A DNA stretch of 64,000 nucleotides from Tubiluchus corallicola (GCA_030141605.1 JAQGDQ010000447.1:124001-188000), one strand, 5' to 3'. Shown: positions 14,171 to 27,044, counted from the stretch's first letter. Made by a program: numbers and translations. Notes: a model not told the origin generated them from the letters alone.

Positions 14171-14947
14171 CCTAGTTCCGGACGCGTATACTTACCTAGT
14201 TCCAGGGATGCGTATGCTTACTTTGTTCCGGGGACGCGTATACTTACCTAGTTCCAGGGATGCGTATGCTTACTTTGTTCCGGGGATGCGTATGCTTACG
14301 TAGTTCCGGGGATGCGTATGCTTACCTAGTTCCGGGGATGCGTATGCTTACCTAGTTCCGGAGAAGCGTATGCTTACCTAGTTCCGGGGATGCGTATGCT
14401 TACCTAGTTCCGGGGATGCGTATGCTTACCAAGTTCCAGGGATGCGTATACTTACCTAGTTCCAGGGATGCGTATGCTTACTTTGTTCCGGGGATGCGTA
14501 TACTTACCTATTTCCAGGGATGCGTATGCTTACTTTGTTCCGGGGATGCGTATGCTTACGTAGTTCCGGGGATGCGTATGCTTACCTAGTTCCGGGGATG
14601 CGTATGCTTACCTAGTTCCGGAGATGCGTATGCTTACCTAGTTCCGGGGATGCGTATGCTTACCTAGTTCCGGGGATGCGTATGCTTACCAAGTTCCAGG
14701 GATGCGTATACTTACCTAGTTCCAGGGATGCGTATGCTTACTTTGTTCCGGGGACGCGTATACTTACCTAGTTCCAGGGATGCGTATGCTTACTTTGTTC
14801 CGGAGATGCGTATGCTTACCTAGTTCCGGGGATGCGTATGCTTACCTAGTTCCGGGGATGCGTATGCTTACCTAGTTCCGGAGATGCGTATGCTTACCTA
14901 GTTCCGGGGATGCGTACGCTTACCTAGTTCCGGGGATGCGTATACCT
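14171..14947. repeat. 26-bp minisatellite (~30 copies, cctagttccggggatgcgtatgctta)
   Basis: Contiguous units with no unique spacers. Variant units recur with a 260-bp period. Confidence 0.95.
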
Positions 14948-15580
14948 ATGCGGAACAGCCTGTTGAAAAGCCTGCACAAAATAAACGAGGTATTTATATT
15001 CAATCTGGTTGTGATGGAATACTTTTCAACTAACAAGGTTAAAAACAAAAAGCAAAGTCCCTGCGAGATCAATGAGGAATTTTCTCTTTGCTGCTGATGC
15101 ATTCCTAACTGCCCGTAATCATGGTAGCAATCAAAACATCACCTTCTCTTTTCTCAAACGCTGCTTCCCGTTTAAGGTTTACTATAGGCACTCCCAAAAA
15201 ATCGAATTGCTATAGCAATTTGAACCAGGCTGCAATCTGACCAGCCTTATATTTAGAAGCCAAATACATTTACTGATATACCGAAAGAGTGAAAAATACA
15301 AAAGCAACTTTTTATGAAAACGTGAATAAATTATTGCAGAAGAGTATATCTAGTCGGTAAAATGAATATTTAATATATCAAGCAGTATTTGGCTATTACC
15401 TACTGGAATTGTACTTCTAAGGTGTTTCTGAATTCTGGTAGAATTTCTGTGTTTTAGATGCCTTGAAAATGAACAGTTAATGTTCGAAAACCGTTGGGCA
15501 GTAAAATTTAATTTGAAAGAAAAAACAATAGCAAAACACTGTTCCTACTCATCTATGTTTCCAGAAGCGGACTAACTATA

Positions 15581-16112
15581 GGTTTTACACGTCAAATGTG
15601 GACACAGGAAAGTTCAAATGTGACTTAGGTAAGTCAAATGTAGACATAGGAATTTCCAATGTGTTTTGGTAACTCAAATGTGACTTAGGTAAGTCAAATG
15701 TAGATGCACTACTTTGAATAAATCAATAGTTAAGTTATTTAAGTGCAAATTAGAAAAAGATAAACCAAAGATAGTGCATCTATTAGTAGGCCTATAACGT
15801 TGTTTTAACTTAAAAGCAATTATTAAATAGAAATTAAAGAAGATTAAATTTAACATCCTTAAACTTTACCACCTATCCACATTTGAGATACCAATGTCAC
15901 ATTTGACTTGACATGTGTCTACATTTGACTTACCAAAAACGCTTAAGATTTGTTGAAAACCATTGTTGACACATTTGAACTACCTAAGTCTACATTTGAG
16001 TTACCAAGACACATTTGAACTACCTAAGTCTACATTTGAGTTACCAAGACACATTTGAATTACCTAAATCTACATTTGAGTTAACGCAGGTCTACATTTG
16101 ACATGTAAAACC
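15581..16112 (+). mobile_element. MITE family A (TIR ggttttacacgtcaaatgtagac, flanked by TATA)
   Basis: TIRs, internal TCAAATGT-based subrepeats, and about 10 copies in the window. Confidence 0.92.
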
Positions 16113-16648
16113 TATATTAGGCTAATTACGTTGGATTCCAATACTTATTGTGTTGCACTGATGTATCGCGTCGTTTTCGTGGTTGTTGTTTGCAGTTATT
16201 TATCTGTGTGCTTGCATATTTGTTTTATTGATAAAACTTCACGCACCTCTCATGTTTCTTGTTGTTGTGTGGCAAATGATTGTCCTCCTAAGAATGGCTA
16301 AGCAATGCTTTCACCGTGCTCGTTTCGGTATCAGCTGAATAAGCATTAACAGAGTTTGTTGTTTGCAATTCTTCAATTTTGCTGTTTATGTGTTTGTACA
16401 CACGATGTCTATTGACACGAAATTGCTCCATCAGCATCCATTAGGGTACGTAATTTATACATTATGAAATGCATAACGTAGTTAGCTATATAGCCTCCAG
16501 TATATGTAGAGTGACTAAGCTGCTCAGTTAGAATATATTCTGGTTATGCAAAGCTTTATGTGAAAATAAACACGAGAACTTAGATTCAGAAAATTGATGG
16601 AAGTAAAAAAAGCTTGAATTCACTATATGCAAAATTCTCTGATATGTA

Positions 16649-17553
16649 ATGGAATCTCGGAATGAAAGCCAAGCAGAAGTAGTTGTGACGTTACACGGCT
16701 TAGTAATTCCAGCTGCACACATAACTGCAGTGTTTATAGAACTTTCTAATCTGCTAGTTATTGTGGCACTTGTGAAATATAAGCACCTGGAAGAATTCAA
16801 AAACTGGTACATATGCAGCTTAGCAGTTGCTGATTTGTTGACGGGAATACTGGCACATATTTTTACGTATGAACAGTCAAAGATTTACCAGCCTATACCA
16901 AGACACAAGTGCTTATTGCTAATATACCTCTCTCTTGTCTTTGGTATTCAATCAACAATAATGTTGTTAGCAGTTACAATAGACAGATATATTGTGATAG
17001 TTTATCCAATGCGATATGATCAATTAGTAAAGAAATGGATGGTGCAACTTACTCTTGCTGCTTCATGGATGTTCTCTTTTGGCATAAGCATTTCAATTTA
17101 CTACAAAGACAGACCATCGGTTTATTGTTTTTTATGTATGTAGCCAGCTTGGAAATAATCACGCTAGTTTCCACTTTTTTCTGCATAAACGTAGTTCTCC
17201 TGCTTGCCATCAATACTAGCATCATGTTTATTGCTCGAAGACACATGAGCAGAATTGAACCAAATGCTCGGAGATCGTACAAACGTAATTTAAAATCTGC
17301 CAAGGTAATTAGTTTGGTGGTTGGTACTTACATCGTCTGCTTGCTTCCTTTCATTGTGCTTATCCTGACTGGTGTCCTCCAGAGTGGAATCACTATTCCT
17401 CCTTTTATTTTTTCACTCACCTTCCTCTTGTTTTACTGTAATTCATTTATGAATCCAATAATTTATGCCTGGAAAAATCAAGAGCTTCGAGCATCCTTCA
17501 AGAAAGTTCTTCAATGGGAAAAACACATAGGTCGCAAAACGTCAGTCAACTAG
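16649..17553 (+). pseudogene. Intronless rhodopsin-like (class A) GPCR, frameshifted at ~17133 (pseudogene or homopolymer error)
   Basis: TM1 SNLLV, TM2 SLAVADLL, TM3 DRY, TM4 W, TM6 CLLPF, TM7 NSFMNPIIY. The two ORFs join if one T is added to the T6 run at 17128-17133. Confidence 0.88.
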
Positions 17554-18794
17554 CGGGGGTCCCCCTATTAGCTCTTCCTTTCTCTTGCCTCCTTCTTCGT
17601 TTGGGTTGCGGCTCACAAACTCGTGCAGAAATTGCATTGAAATATACTGCGAGAGTTAAAGTCAAGTGGGTATTATTATTATTATTTTTTATTTCTGGAG
17701 TCATGCAAGATTTCTGCAACTAAAATTTGTCTAGTAGTAGTACAGAGACATTATAGTGTTGAAACATGATACTTGAGTAACAGTTATGTAGACGTATGGT
17801 ACCTGGAAAGATTAAAAACAGTCAGATTCATCAGTTTCTCCAAGCCAAAAACTCGAACAAATCTGCCACATCTTTCCCAGCTAGGTAGATAACATGAGCT
17901 GAGCCGAATTAATAAAAACGTTACCTGTCCTAAGGTAATTAGTTTCCTATTTTTTAATTAAAGCTTTTATGAAGTTACAAGAGATTGCCAAATGCTGCTA
18001 TTGCATTAATCAACATTCAGCACTTGGCTGACCTCTTAATTGTTATTCACAGTTTATTTGGGGTAATTAACTTTTATTGCTTTAACCCTAATATTGCTTA
18101 TATAAGTCTTTAAGACTGATCATTCATAATGTCTAATATGATCTTAAATCTATGATCATTTTGTAGATTTTATAAAAGATACTTTTTGGAACAATATTTT
18201 CATTCTACCAGTCAAACTTTTCCACTACTAAACTTTTCTAGCACCAAACCTGTTCGTGCCATTTTTACCTTGTACCGGATTTACTTGCTTGCCAAGCTTT
18301 GCCAGTACTGTATGAAATCTTCCCAGCACCACATTTCCTGGCGACATTTTATAACTACAGTCTCAGCAAACTTAAAGTAGCTCACAATATTTCTAAACGC
18401 AAACTTTTCAACTACCAATATGATTATAGTTCTAGGACCATTTCAGTAGACCACGATGTTTTATACTTTGTTGTAATACATAAGAAAACTGCATACAGTC
18501 TATACAGTAGAGTAATGCAAAGCTCAAATCTTCTGATAAAGGCATTGAATAACAGTGACGCATTTTACACTTCAGACATAAGAGACCATGGAGGAAAGTG
18601 TTAGGTAGAAATTATGGGTGACGATTCAGGCTGGAAATATGATATTGTATATATATATATTGTACTGTTATTTTATTTATATATGTATTAATTTGTATGT
18701 GTTGAGAGGAGGGGTTATAATTATTGTATGTTATGTATGCTATGAAATAGTTCGAAATAAAGAGTTAAATTAAATCAATCATGTATCTTGTTAA

Positions 18795-19060
18795 TACCTT
18801 TTCTGGTTAGTGAGTGATGCACCCTGAAGGTCAACGACACTTTACCAATTGGTGAAAACATTTTAAATAATCAATAATTTTCTTTTCTGGTTACATAAGT
18901 CTTTCAAGCAGGTAAGCGAAATTGTAAGTAATATGACTTTGCACGGAAAGTTTTTTAAGACATAGTTTAACATTTCCGTTTCTTCCCCTGATTTACGTTG
19001 TGCGTATATGACGTCATGTAGTGGCGCAGTCGGAACAGTAAAATCCTTTCAACGCGAGTG
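18795..19060 (+). repeat. Unclassified dispersed repeat; copies at ~23590-24010 and ~44005-44330
   Basis: Shared ttagtgagtg.tgcaccctg...caacgacattttacca...gcgtatatgacgtcatgta sequence. Confidence 0.7.
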
Positions 19061-19436
19061 CAAAATTGAAATTTTTTAGTTTGTAACATTATAAGTAACA
19101 TAACATATACTAACCTACATTCGGAACGCCTTTTCTTGCTTTTAAACAAATTAACTTTCGCCCAAAAATGCCAAAAAAATCTAAATCACAAATCAAAAAT
19201 CAAACTTACTTGAAACATGTAACTGATCACTCAATCATGATTTGTTGTTTTTCACTTTCAAAAAACTTCCCCTCTAGTATAATAATATTTTTATTACTTC
19301 CTACCCGTATTTATATTTGTATATATTGTAATATTGAATCTGTATATATTGTAATTTTTTTCGTAACTAATTCTAGTGGCCTACCATAAGCTAGCTTCTT
19401 AGGTCTCTAGCGCAGTATTCATGAATTGTATCATAC

Positions 19437-19787
19437 TGTTACGGAGGCACCTGTGGCGGGTCAGGTGTAGGGCCCTCTACACGCCCTGCTTCCACGTAAG
19501 CAGCGACTCACCCCTTTCTTGTAGGTCCAGACGTCTTGTTTGGGCCTACACGTGGTGTGAGAAGCCAGCTGACCTGGAATGCCAGTATAAAAGCGTGTAG
19601 AGGTCACTACAGCCCTGATTTCTGACACAGGTGCTCCTCGGGTGTAGTGCTCTTACTGAGTTAGTTAGTTATTTTTTGTGCACGTGTATTTTGGTCCCCT
19701 ATTTTTTTATTAGTGCTGTTAATAAACTCTCTACAGTGCAGTTTTTGTGTATTTTATTTTATGAGAGTTAGATGACATGCTATAACA
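19437..19787 (+). mobile_element. Solo-LTR-like element
   Basis: TGTTA...TAACA ends, internal TATAAAAG and AATAAA in LTR order, GC-rich relative to flanks. No clean TSD. Confidence 0.5.
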
Positions 19788-20425
19788 GGTATATAGTACT
19801 AGTTTACAGACATTAATTTAGTTAATTAACATAGCATTTGTAATTAACATTAACATTTTTAATCAAGTATCGGTTACACAACGATTGTAAAATGGAACTT
19901 CATGATGCGAAATATCAAGACCGCCATGCCATCTTGGAGTTCGACCCCCTGGGTCGAATTCAGTCCGATATTTTTGTATTAACAAAAACTGAATATCGAT
20001 GCACATGTAATGTATATGTATATGTTTATTGTGAAATAAATCTATTAAATCTAAAAAAATTTGCTTATGATAATGTCCCTCCACTATCACACTGTCAGTG
20101 CAAACTGTAAAGGCACAAAATTTTGCTGGAGATAAAAATTATTTAAACGAATGAAATAAAAGTGTTATTTAATTTCATCGTCCATTTTGTTTTATAATTG
20201 CTACGATTATAATTCTAGCAGCGTGTTAAGTTTGACCCAGTACAATTATATGAACAATTGGCATGTAAAAGTACTTATTAAAAGTATTGTAGAATTAAAA
20301 CATTACGGTCACTAACCAGGTTATAGCGTTTATAATGTGAATATATATATTCGCTTTCTATACACCGCCTACAGATATTCGTTCCAGCTTTTCTTATAAG
20401 GAAATAAAATTATAAAATTCTCAAG

Positions 20426-20432
20426 ATGATGG
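20426..20432 (+). CDS. Gene B coding exon 1 (ATG ATG G)
   Basis: caagATGATGG|gtaagt is a strong phase-1 donor. An upstream acceptor near 20400 suggests a 5' UTR intron. Confidence 0.62.
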
Positions 20433-21067
20433 GTAAGTGAAATTTTTGCATTTAATGGTTTTAGTCGGTGGCTTTTTGCAAAGAAAATGGAGAATCACCG
20501 GTTAATAAACTTGTAAGGTTTAATGTTGGTTCTGTAAAAATGTTTTTTTGTCGAACGTAGCAAAAATTAGACCCGCATTTTGCTCGTGTTTATGAAAAAG
20601 TGACAAATCAAATTTTCAAGCATCGCAGGACTAAGTCTTGTAGGCCCCAGGACTCGACTTCCCAAGGTCTCTCCTAAAGCATACATAATAATATGTGAAC
20701 TTCTCATGATTGGATAACCAATAAGTAATCAATAAGATGTAACCTATATGCTGTTGATGAGAATTGTTTTTAGTCATAATAAATTTGATTCGAATTTGAA
20801 ATTTGATTTGTAAATTTAATGTGATTTTTGAAAAACTGAATCACTAAAGTTGTCAAAATTCACAAACATATTTTTCGTATTTCGGTTCAAAAAGGTCAAA
20901 TTTGCCTATAGAATGGGATTGTGTAAGGTGTATTGTGATTTTGCAAAATAGTTATTCGTTTGTGATGTGAAAAATTTTGCGTGAAAAACTTAGGGCAGTT
21001 TGCTTTATGCTTTCAAAAATATATTTTAATCGTTTATTTATGGCTGAGAGTTAGTACACTTACCCAG

Positions 21068-21343
21068 AAAGTCTTTTTCTCAGATTCGTTGTGCGCATGC
21101 GCAATTGCTGTAGGTCAAAGGTTAAGTGTACCACAGCAACGCGTCTTAACTACAACCGTCGCATGGCAGGTGGGTAAAGCAAAGCTGTCTGTAAAGGCTC
21201 TAGCTAGTTGTTAAAACTGTTGCTATTACAATACAATGGGCTGCGAGACGTTCTCAAGTGTACACAAATGCGTTGTCTGGTACACTTAACCTTTGACCTT
21301 TTCACGATCATCATCAATCGCTGAAAATGTGAAAAGCTTTATT
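21068..21343 (+). mobile_element. MITE family B, internally deleted
   Basis: Homologous to the 11951 copy, with degenerate TIRs. Confidence 0.8.
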
Positions 21344-21601
21344 GAGTTGAAATTTAACATGATGATTAGACACGGGATCCTTTGTTTATGGAGAAAAAAT
21401 GTCGCAAATCGTTAATTAGCTAATTAATTAGTTGTTATGAACTTAATAAATTGGGAACGTAATTGTGAATTTAAATCTGGTTATTTACTAGAAAACTATT
21501 TATTAAATTAACGTTAACGAAGAGTTTTTAAAAGATGTAAAAATAAACTTCACGAAATTTCGAAAACTCTTAAGCCTTGCTATAGTAGCCGGAAGGCACC
21601 T

Positions 21602-22053
21602 TTGTTGGAATCCTTCTGTCTCGGAAGACAATGGAGTGTGCGCCAAGAGAGTCAGTTATTGATCACATTGATGGAGCTGCAGCATTGACTGTGGCTGAGC
21701 AGTCCGATCCTTGAACGTCTCCAGGGCGCACGCCTGGGCAAGGTGTATGGAGATCTTGAGTTGCCCAGACAACAGGGACCCCCTCTCTTCCTCCCTGGTG
21801 TAGTCCAAAGGAAAGCGGAGCGATACGTTTGGCACCAGGTTGGCTGCAGGAGTCAGTAAACACGCTGCACTGGTCCGCCTTCAGGGCTCCACTCTTGATT
21901 TGGAAGGTTTACTCCTCTACACATGGCCGTTGGGTCACTTGACCTCCTCCGCCCTCTAGACGTTGGCTGCTTGTGCAGCTCCTCCGCCTAGTGTCAAGAT
22001 ACAGTGTGGGCATCCCGCTAGCCTACTGTTTTCAACGTGATTTGGCCGTAGTC
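21602..22053 (-). mobile_element. 5S-derived SINE copy 2 (most of the 5S head deleted)
   Basis: Reverse complement of copy 1. The head reads gactacggccaaatcacgttgaaaaca|gtaggct. Confidence 0.9.
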
Positions 22054-22187
22054 AGATAATTTAGCACTTTTACGAGTATTGCTACGTGACAAATGGACGC
22101 TCATTCTGAAAGAGCCCACAAGCAGCTGTTCAATTAGATATGCCTGGGAAAATCTCTGAGGTTAATAAATCTTTATCTGTTGTTTAG

Positions 22188-22249
22188 GTGCCTTCGCAGA
22201 GAACTTATTCAGCTTCTTCCTTGTTGTTTGTGTTTGCTTAGCGAAGATG
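22188..22249 (+). CDS. Gene B exon 2 (signal-peptide core AFAENLFSFFLVVCVCLAKM)
   Basis: tgttgtttag/gtatgt boundaries, 62 nt, phase 1-0, hydrophobic. Confidence 0.72.
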
Positions 22250-22321
22250 GTATGTATAAAAATACAGACATACGTTCATTGTAATCCTGTGTTGTTGTAG
22301 AAAATTGTTTGTAATTAACGA

Positions 22322-22735
22322 GCCTACTATGGAACGAACTCTGTAATCAAACAAGCAATTCTACTTTGGAATTCTCTACCATTACAGGTTAAACAAATCA
22401 AGTCCCTATCAGCATTTAAAACAAAATTAAAATCACTAATATTAACCAGATATGAAATACCATCACACCAGCACGACAACATACACACTAATTCAGAATT
22501 CATATATCCACGGCCATATTAATTAAATCATAGTTTTTTTTCATTTTTTGTGCATAGTTGTAAATATGTTTGATTTTATTCGTCGTTACTTTCCATTACT
22601 GCACAGTAGTTTAGATTGCACCGACGCATTTGCCTTTAGCAGTGTAAGTTTTTATTAACTAACACTGATTGATCATCTCTGTAAAGTTTTTATCAGTGAT
22701 TATCAATTTATTTTAATGGCAAATAAAGATTATTA
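22322..22735 (+). mobile_element. CR1/L2-group LINE 3' end
   Basis: Encodes YGTNSVIKQAILLWNSLPLQVKQIKSLSAFKTKLK, then a 3' UTR ending aataaagattatt. Near-identical to 33116-33510 (-). Confidence 0.85.
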
Positions 22736-23303
22736 TATATATATATATGAAGCAAGTTTGAGAATGTTGTGGAGAACAAGAACAAAATCTGGCATCATGT
22801 CGAGAACGGATTTTAGTTCCTGGATCTCACTTATTTCGTGTTTAGCTCAGAAAAGGTGGAAAAGTGGATGTATCAAACTAAATGTTTTATTCAAAAGGCT
22901 GTTCTCAAAATGTTTATTATTCATATTTGTTGCGCACTTTTGTGTTTCCTGTATGTCTTGTAAATGAATCTAACAAAAAATAAATTAAAACATCGTGATG
23001 TACTTATTTACATTCAATAACATAGCATACATAACGGCGTAGCAGTAAAGAGAACCTGTTAGACTATGTTAAAAGCATTAGGTTATGATAGATAATTATG
23101 TTGATGAATGCTGGTATGAAGCCAGTTAAGGAGTGGTGCCACCATTCGAGGTGTCGATGCTCCGCGCACGATATATAAGCCCTGTGATGCGCCCAGCTCA
23201 GGAGATGAGATTGAGCTGCAAAAATACTGTTGTAAAAGTACTTCGTTCTTTACGGCTGCAAAAATAACGTTATAAAATGTTTATAGTTTTTTTTAAATTA
23301 CAG

Positions 23304-23359
23304 GCATCTTCTGAAAAGGACAAGTATTACAGGAACAAGAGCTACTTTCCGCTCAACCG
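23304..23359 (+). CDS. Gene B exon 3 (ASSEKDKYYRNKSYFPLNR)
   Basis: ttttaaattacag/gtaatg boundaries, 56 nt, phase 0-2. Confidence 0.7.
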
Positions 23360-24385
23360 GTAATGTGAGTTTAAGTATTAATAACAGCGGAAGGGACATT
23401 ACTATGGTTGTGCGGGATTTTTAAAGCACAAGAAAACCCTCCACTTACATAAAGCTTACGTCTTGAAATTTTACACTGCTCACGTACTGCCTTTTTGCAT
23501 GCAGGGCTTGCGTTGGCAGTAACGCTATATAAAACCTGTAAATTTGAACTCCCTTGACGACCGTTAGACGCTCCATTTTGACGATAAATCGTTTGAAACA
23601 AGTTTAGATAACACTGTGTAGAGTTTGAAAAAATAATCAGAGCATTCGTGGCACACGTGCCACTAACTAAGTAAAATTTAAAATTACTGTATCTTTTCGA
23701 TAGGATTAAAAATACGTTTTTGGTTAGTGAGTGGTGCACCCTGGAGAGTGAGTCAACGACATTTTACCATTTGATGAAAACATTTCAAATGATTATTAAT
23801 TTTCTTTTTTAGTTATATAAGTCTTTCCGGATAGTAAGCGAAAAGCTAAGCAATATAATTTTCCATAGAAAGTTTTTTGGGACATAGTTTAACATTTGCT
23901 TTTCTTCTCCTAATTTACATTGTGCGTATATGACGTCATGTAATGGCGTGGTCGGAACAGTATTGCGGGAGATTTAAAATGAAAACAAACAAAAAATCCT
24001 TTCAACGCGGGTAAGATATACGCATAAAATTGCTATAAAGTGATATAATTTTTAAAGCGATTTTTCTGAAACCTACTTCAGGTACCTCTTTTTCTTGTCC
24101 TTTAATGTTGTTTTTATTGTTGTTCAATAATATTTGTTTTATTAATAATTGCTTGCTTGTATATAGTGTCATTATATTTCAAAATTGAAATTGTATATTG
24201 TGTCTCGTTTTTTGGTATATTTCAAAATTGAAATTGTATGTATGTCTTGTTTTTTTCTTGTATTGTATGTATTTTGACATTAATAAATAAACACCTAAAT
24301 ATCTAAATATCGGATGCACAATCTTAGCAAAGTATGAGTCATTAAATGTTTTATGTCTGGTTTCAATAAAGCTTGTTTTTTTAAG

Positions 24386-24722
24386 GGGACGAAAAATATC
24401 AAGATATGGTGTTGAGTACAACAAATATCTACCTGTTAGAGAAATGGTGATAGGTGGCGCTGACTTCAGTAACTACATACCTGTTGACGAAGCAGTACCT
24501 GGAGAGATATTTTCACTTGAAAGCATAGTTGAAAAAGCTTTAGATGTCATCCCAAATAGAAGTGTTAATGCATTTGAGAAGCAACGTGTGAACAGGCCTC
24601 TTATTGCACCTCCTTTTGATGGTAGAAGAAGAAAGAGACACAGAAGAAGTAGAAGACGCAGCAGATACAAAAGGAAAAGAAGACGCAAACATGGAAAAAG
24701 ACGATTCTCTATTTTGGATTAA
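24386..24722 (+). CDS. Gene B terminal exon; secreted protein with an Arg/Lys-rich C-terminus
   Basis: ttgtttttttaag acceptor, phase 2, open to TAA at 24722, with AATAAA at ~24879. The joined CDS is 462 nt (153 aa). Confidence 0.75.
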
Positions 24723-24860
24723 GATAAAAAAATGAAGCTGTAACACTTTCCAAATGAAATTAACCACTAATTATTTTTTGATTGATTTTAGTAACAAACT
24801 ATTTTAAATGAGTTTATAATTGCTTACAGATCATTTTATTTTGTTGCAGCAGCACTTCAA

Positions 24861-25070
24861 ACTAAAAATATATATATTAATAAACTTATAAATGCACACA
24901 TCATGATTGCGCCGCTAATCTGCTTGTGCTGTCAGTAGTGCCATCCGCCGGCAGAAATTACTACTAAAAACTTATATTAATAAACTTATGAATGCAGAAA
25001 TCATGATTGCGCCGCTAATCTGCTTGTGCTGCCAGTAGTGCCATCCGCCGGCAGAAATTACTACTAAAAA
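24861..25070. repeat. ~100-bp tandem duplication
   Basis: Two adjacent copies of ...catgattgcgccgctaatctgcttgtgctg.cagtagtgccatccgccggcagaaattact. Confidence 0.85.
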
Positions 25071-25278
25071 TTACAAATTGATACTATTTGCCGTAGTATC
25101 AATTAGTGGCCTTTATAATGTCAAACCTGCTCCGAAATTCGTTGTTTGCAATGTTTGAACTGTATAATAAATAAAATAATATTTTAACACTGAAAGGTGC
25201 AAGCTGACGATAAGTTCACTTTCGTATCGTACACTTGCGCCATCTATACAGCAAAGTAATAATCAAAGGTGCAATTAA

Positions 25279-25833
25279 AGAAAAGAACAAGTCACATACT
25301 ATGTTGGGTTCAATTTACTGTTATCACTTTAACTTTTAAAAATATAATAAAGAAATTTGCAAAGAACTGTCTGTAAAGCATAAATTTAAAATACACTACA
25401 TCTGAATAGAAATTTTCAGACGCGGTGGTTCCTGCCATTCACTTGTAAATCATGACGTAACTGGGAAACTTCGTGGCTTTTCGTAAGCGCATCGTGGCTT
25501 TCCGTGAGCGCGCGCTGCTTAAACTAATTCATACTTCCGCAGCTTACTTAATATTTACCCCAAAAGCTTACAAAATAGTATCTAATTTTTTTAATCACTT
25601 TTTATACATTTGATGAAGATTGACGGTGTGCTACTTTTCTTCAAGACAAATGACGTCATTGGAAGAAGAATGGGTATTAAAAATGGAAACGCTCAAGCAT
25701 GAAATGATCTCGACTTTAAATTAATTTTACTAATTACACGAGGCGCTTATTGCAGTTTTTACTACTAAATCTTTCTAACATTTTTCGCGAACATTGAAAT
25801 GAGCCTAAGTTCCTAGAAGGCTTGACTTTTCCT
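25279..25833 (+). mobile_element. Kolobok-like non-autonomous DNA element
   Basis: TTAA|AG...CCT|TTAA ends with imperfect TIRs. A homologous reversed copy at ~32850-33757 is interrupted by a LINE. Confidence 0.6.
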
Positions 25834-26040
25834 TTAAGTCAGGGAGTTTTTAGAAAGAAAACTGTGGTAGGAATATTATTATTACATGAACGATGACAGA
25901 GTGCTACGAAATGAACAACTTCAAACAACATTCTAATATAAGCATTGAGAGGCACAAAAAATGATAGTCAGTTCTTTAGCAGAGGCAGATTTACTGGACA
26001 ATGATGACGACACTGATAATACAGACGTTACCAAGATACA

Positions 26041-26415
26041 AGACGGCTAGAGGGCGGAGGAGGTCAAGTGATCCAACGGCCATGTGTAGAGGAGTAGACC
26101 TTCTAAATCAGGAGTGGAGCTCCGAAGGCGGACCAGTGCAGCATGCTCACTGACTCCGGCAGCTCCTGCTGCCAACCTGGTGCCAAACGTATCGCTCTGC
26201 TTTCCTTTGGACTACACCAGGGAGGAAGAGAAGGGGTTCCTGTTGTCTGGGCAACTCAGGATCTCCATGCACCTTGCCCAGGCGTGCACCCTGGAGACGT
26301 TCAAGGATCGCATTGCGCAGCCACAGTCGACCCTGCAGCTCCATCAATGTGATCAATAACTGACTCTCTTGGCGCACAATCCATTGTCTTCCGAGACAGA
26401 AGGATGCCAACAACA
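26041..26415 (+). mobile_element. 5S-derived SINE copy 3, 5'-truncated
   Basis: Body matches copy 1. (CAA)n tail and an 11-bp TSD accaagataca at 26030-26040 and 26416-26426. Confidence 0.92.
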
Positions 26416-27044
26416 ACCAAGATACAGTCAAAACGAAAAAACACAAATGAAAGACCGACTGTGTATAACATGATTGCTACCCTCTCTTTAATGAAGCCAA
26501 CTATCAAAGGCATATTGGTTTATCTTACGATAAACGCCAAGGCATTGTTTATACGTTGCATTAACCCTGCTGCTTATTACAGCGCATCAACTGAAGTCAT
26601 TAATCTTTAAGTGGAGTAGGAAACCACTTTGTCAGAATAGCGCACTTTGTATTTTATATGAAGTTTTATGCGAAGCGACTCTGCGGCGAAATTACTCAAA
26701 GCCGGAGAGCAGGGAAGCCAAAAGAGCAAGCTTGCAATGTTGAATTTGCTTTTCACAGGTATTTCGTCTTGGATTCCCAAGGGACGTACGCTGGCGTGGA
26801 TGAAAAACCATAAGTTCGCCTTGCATTGACCATTATCGTAGTTCAGTTTCAATGATATGAAAAAAGAAGCCATTTACAACTAGAAAAGAAGCCAACAAAA
26901 AAGAAGCCATTTACTACTAGAAAAAGAAGCCAACAAAAAAGAAGCCATTTACAGCTTGAAAAAATTATTTGTTATTGCATATACCTGTAGTCAAGATATC
27001 TTCTGTTAATAATGAGTGCTGAATAATTTAATAATTAGGCCAAC

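Noticed and set aside
14171-14947. CRISPR-like array (also 30955-31231, 31541-32552, 42183-42870)
   Set aside because: Units are contiguous with no unique spacers, there are no cas genes, and the context is eukaryotic.
19455-19515. HDV-like ribozyme (gct-tccacgta-agc resembles P3/L3)
   Set aside because: No full P1 partner and no GG for P1.1 after the putative P1 strand.
19871-20110. ORF MELHDAKYQDRHAILEFDPLG...
   Set aside because: No recognisable motif and no consistent link to neighbouring exons.
24386-25070. Polinton/Maverick remnant (Arg-rich core-like ORF plus ACTACT end)
   Set aside because: The ORF is better explained as the last exon of a spliced gene, ACTACT falls at a tandem-repeat junction, and no polB, integrase or capsid ORF is present.
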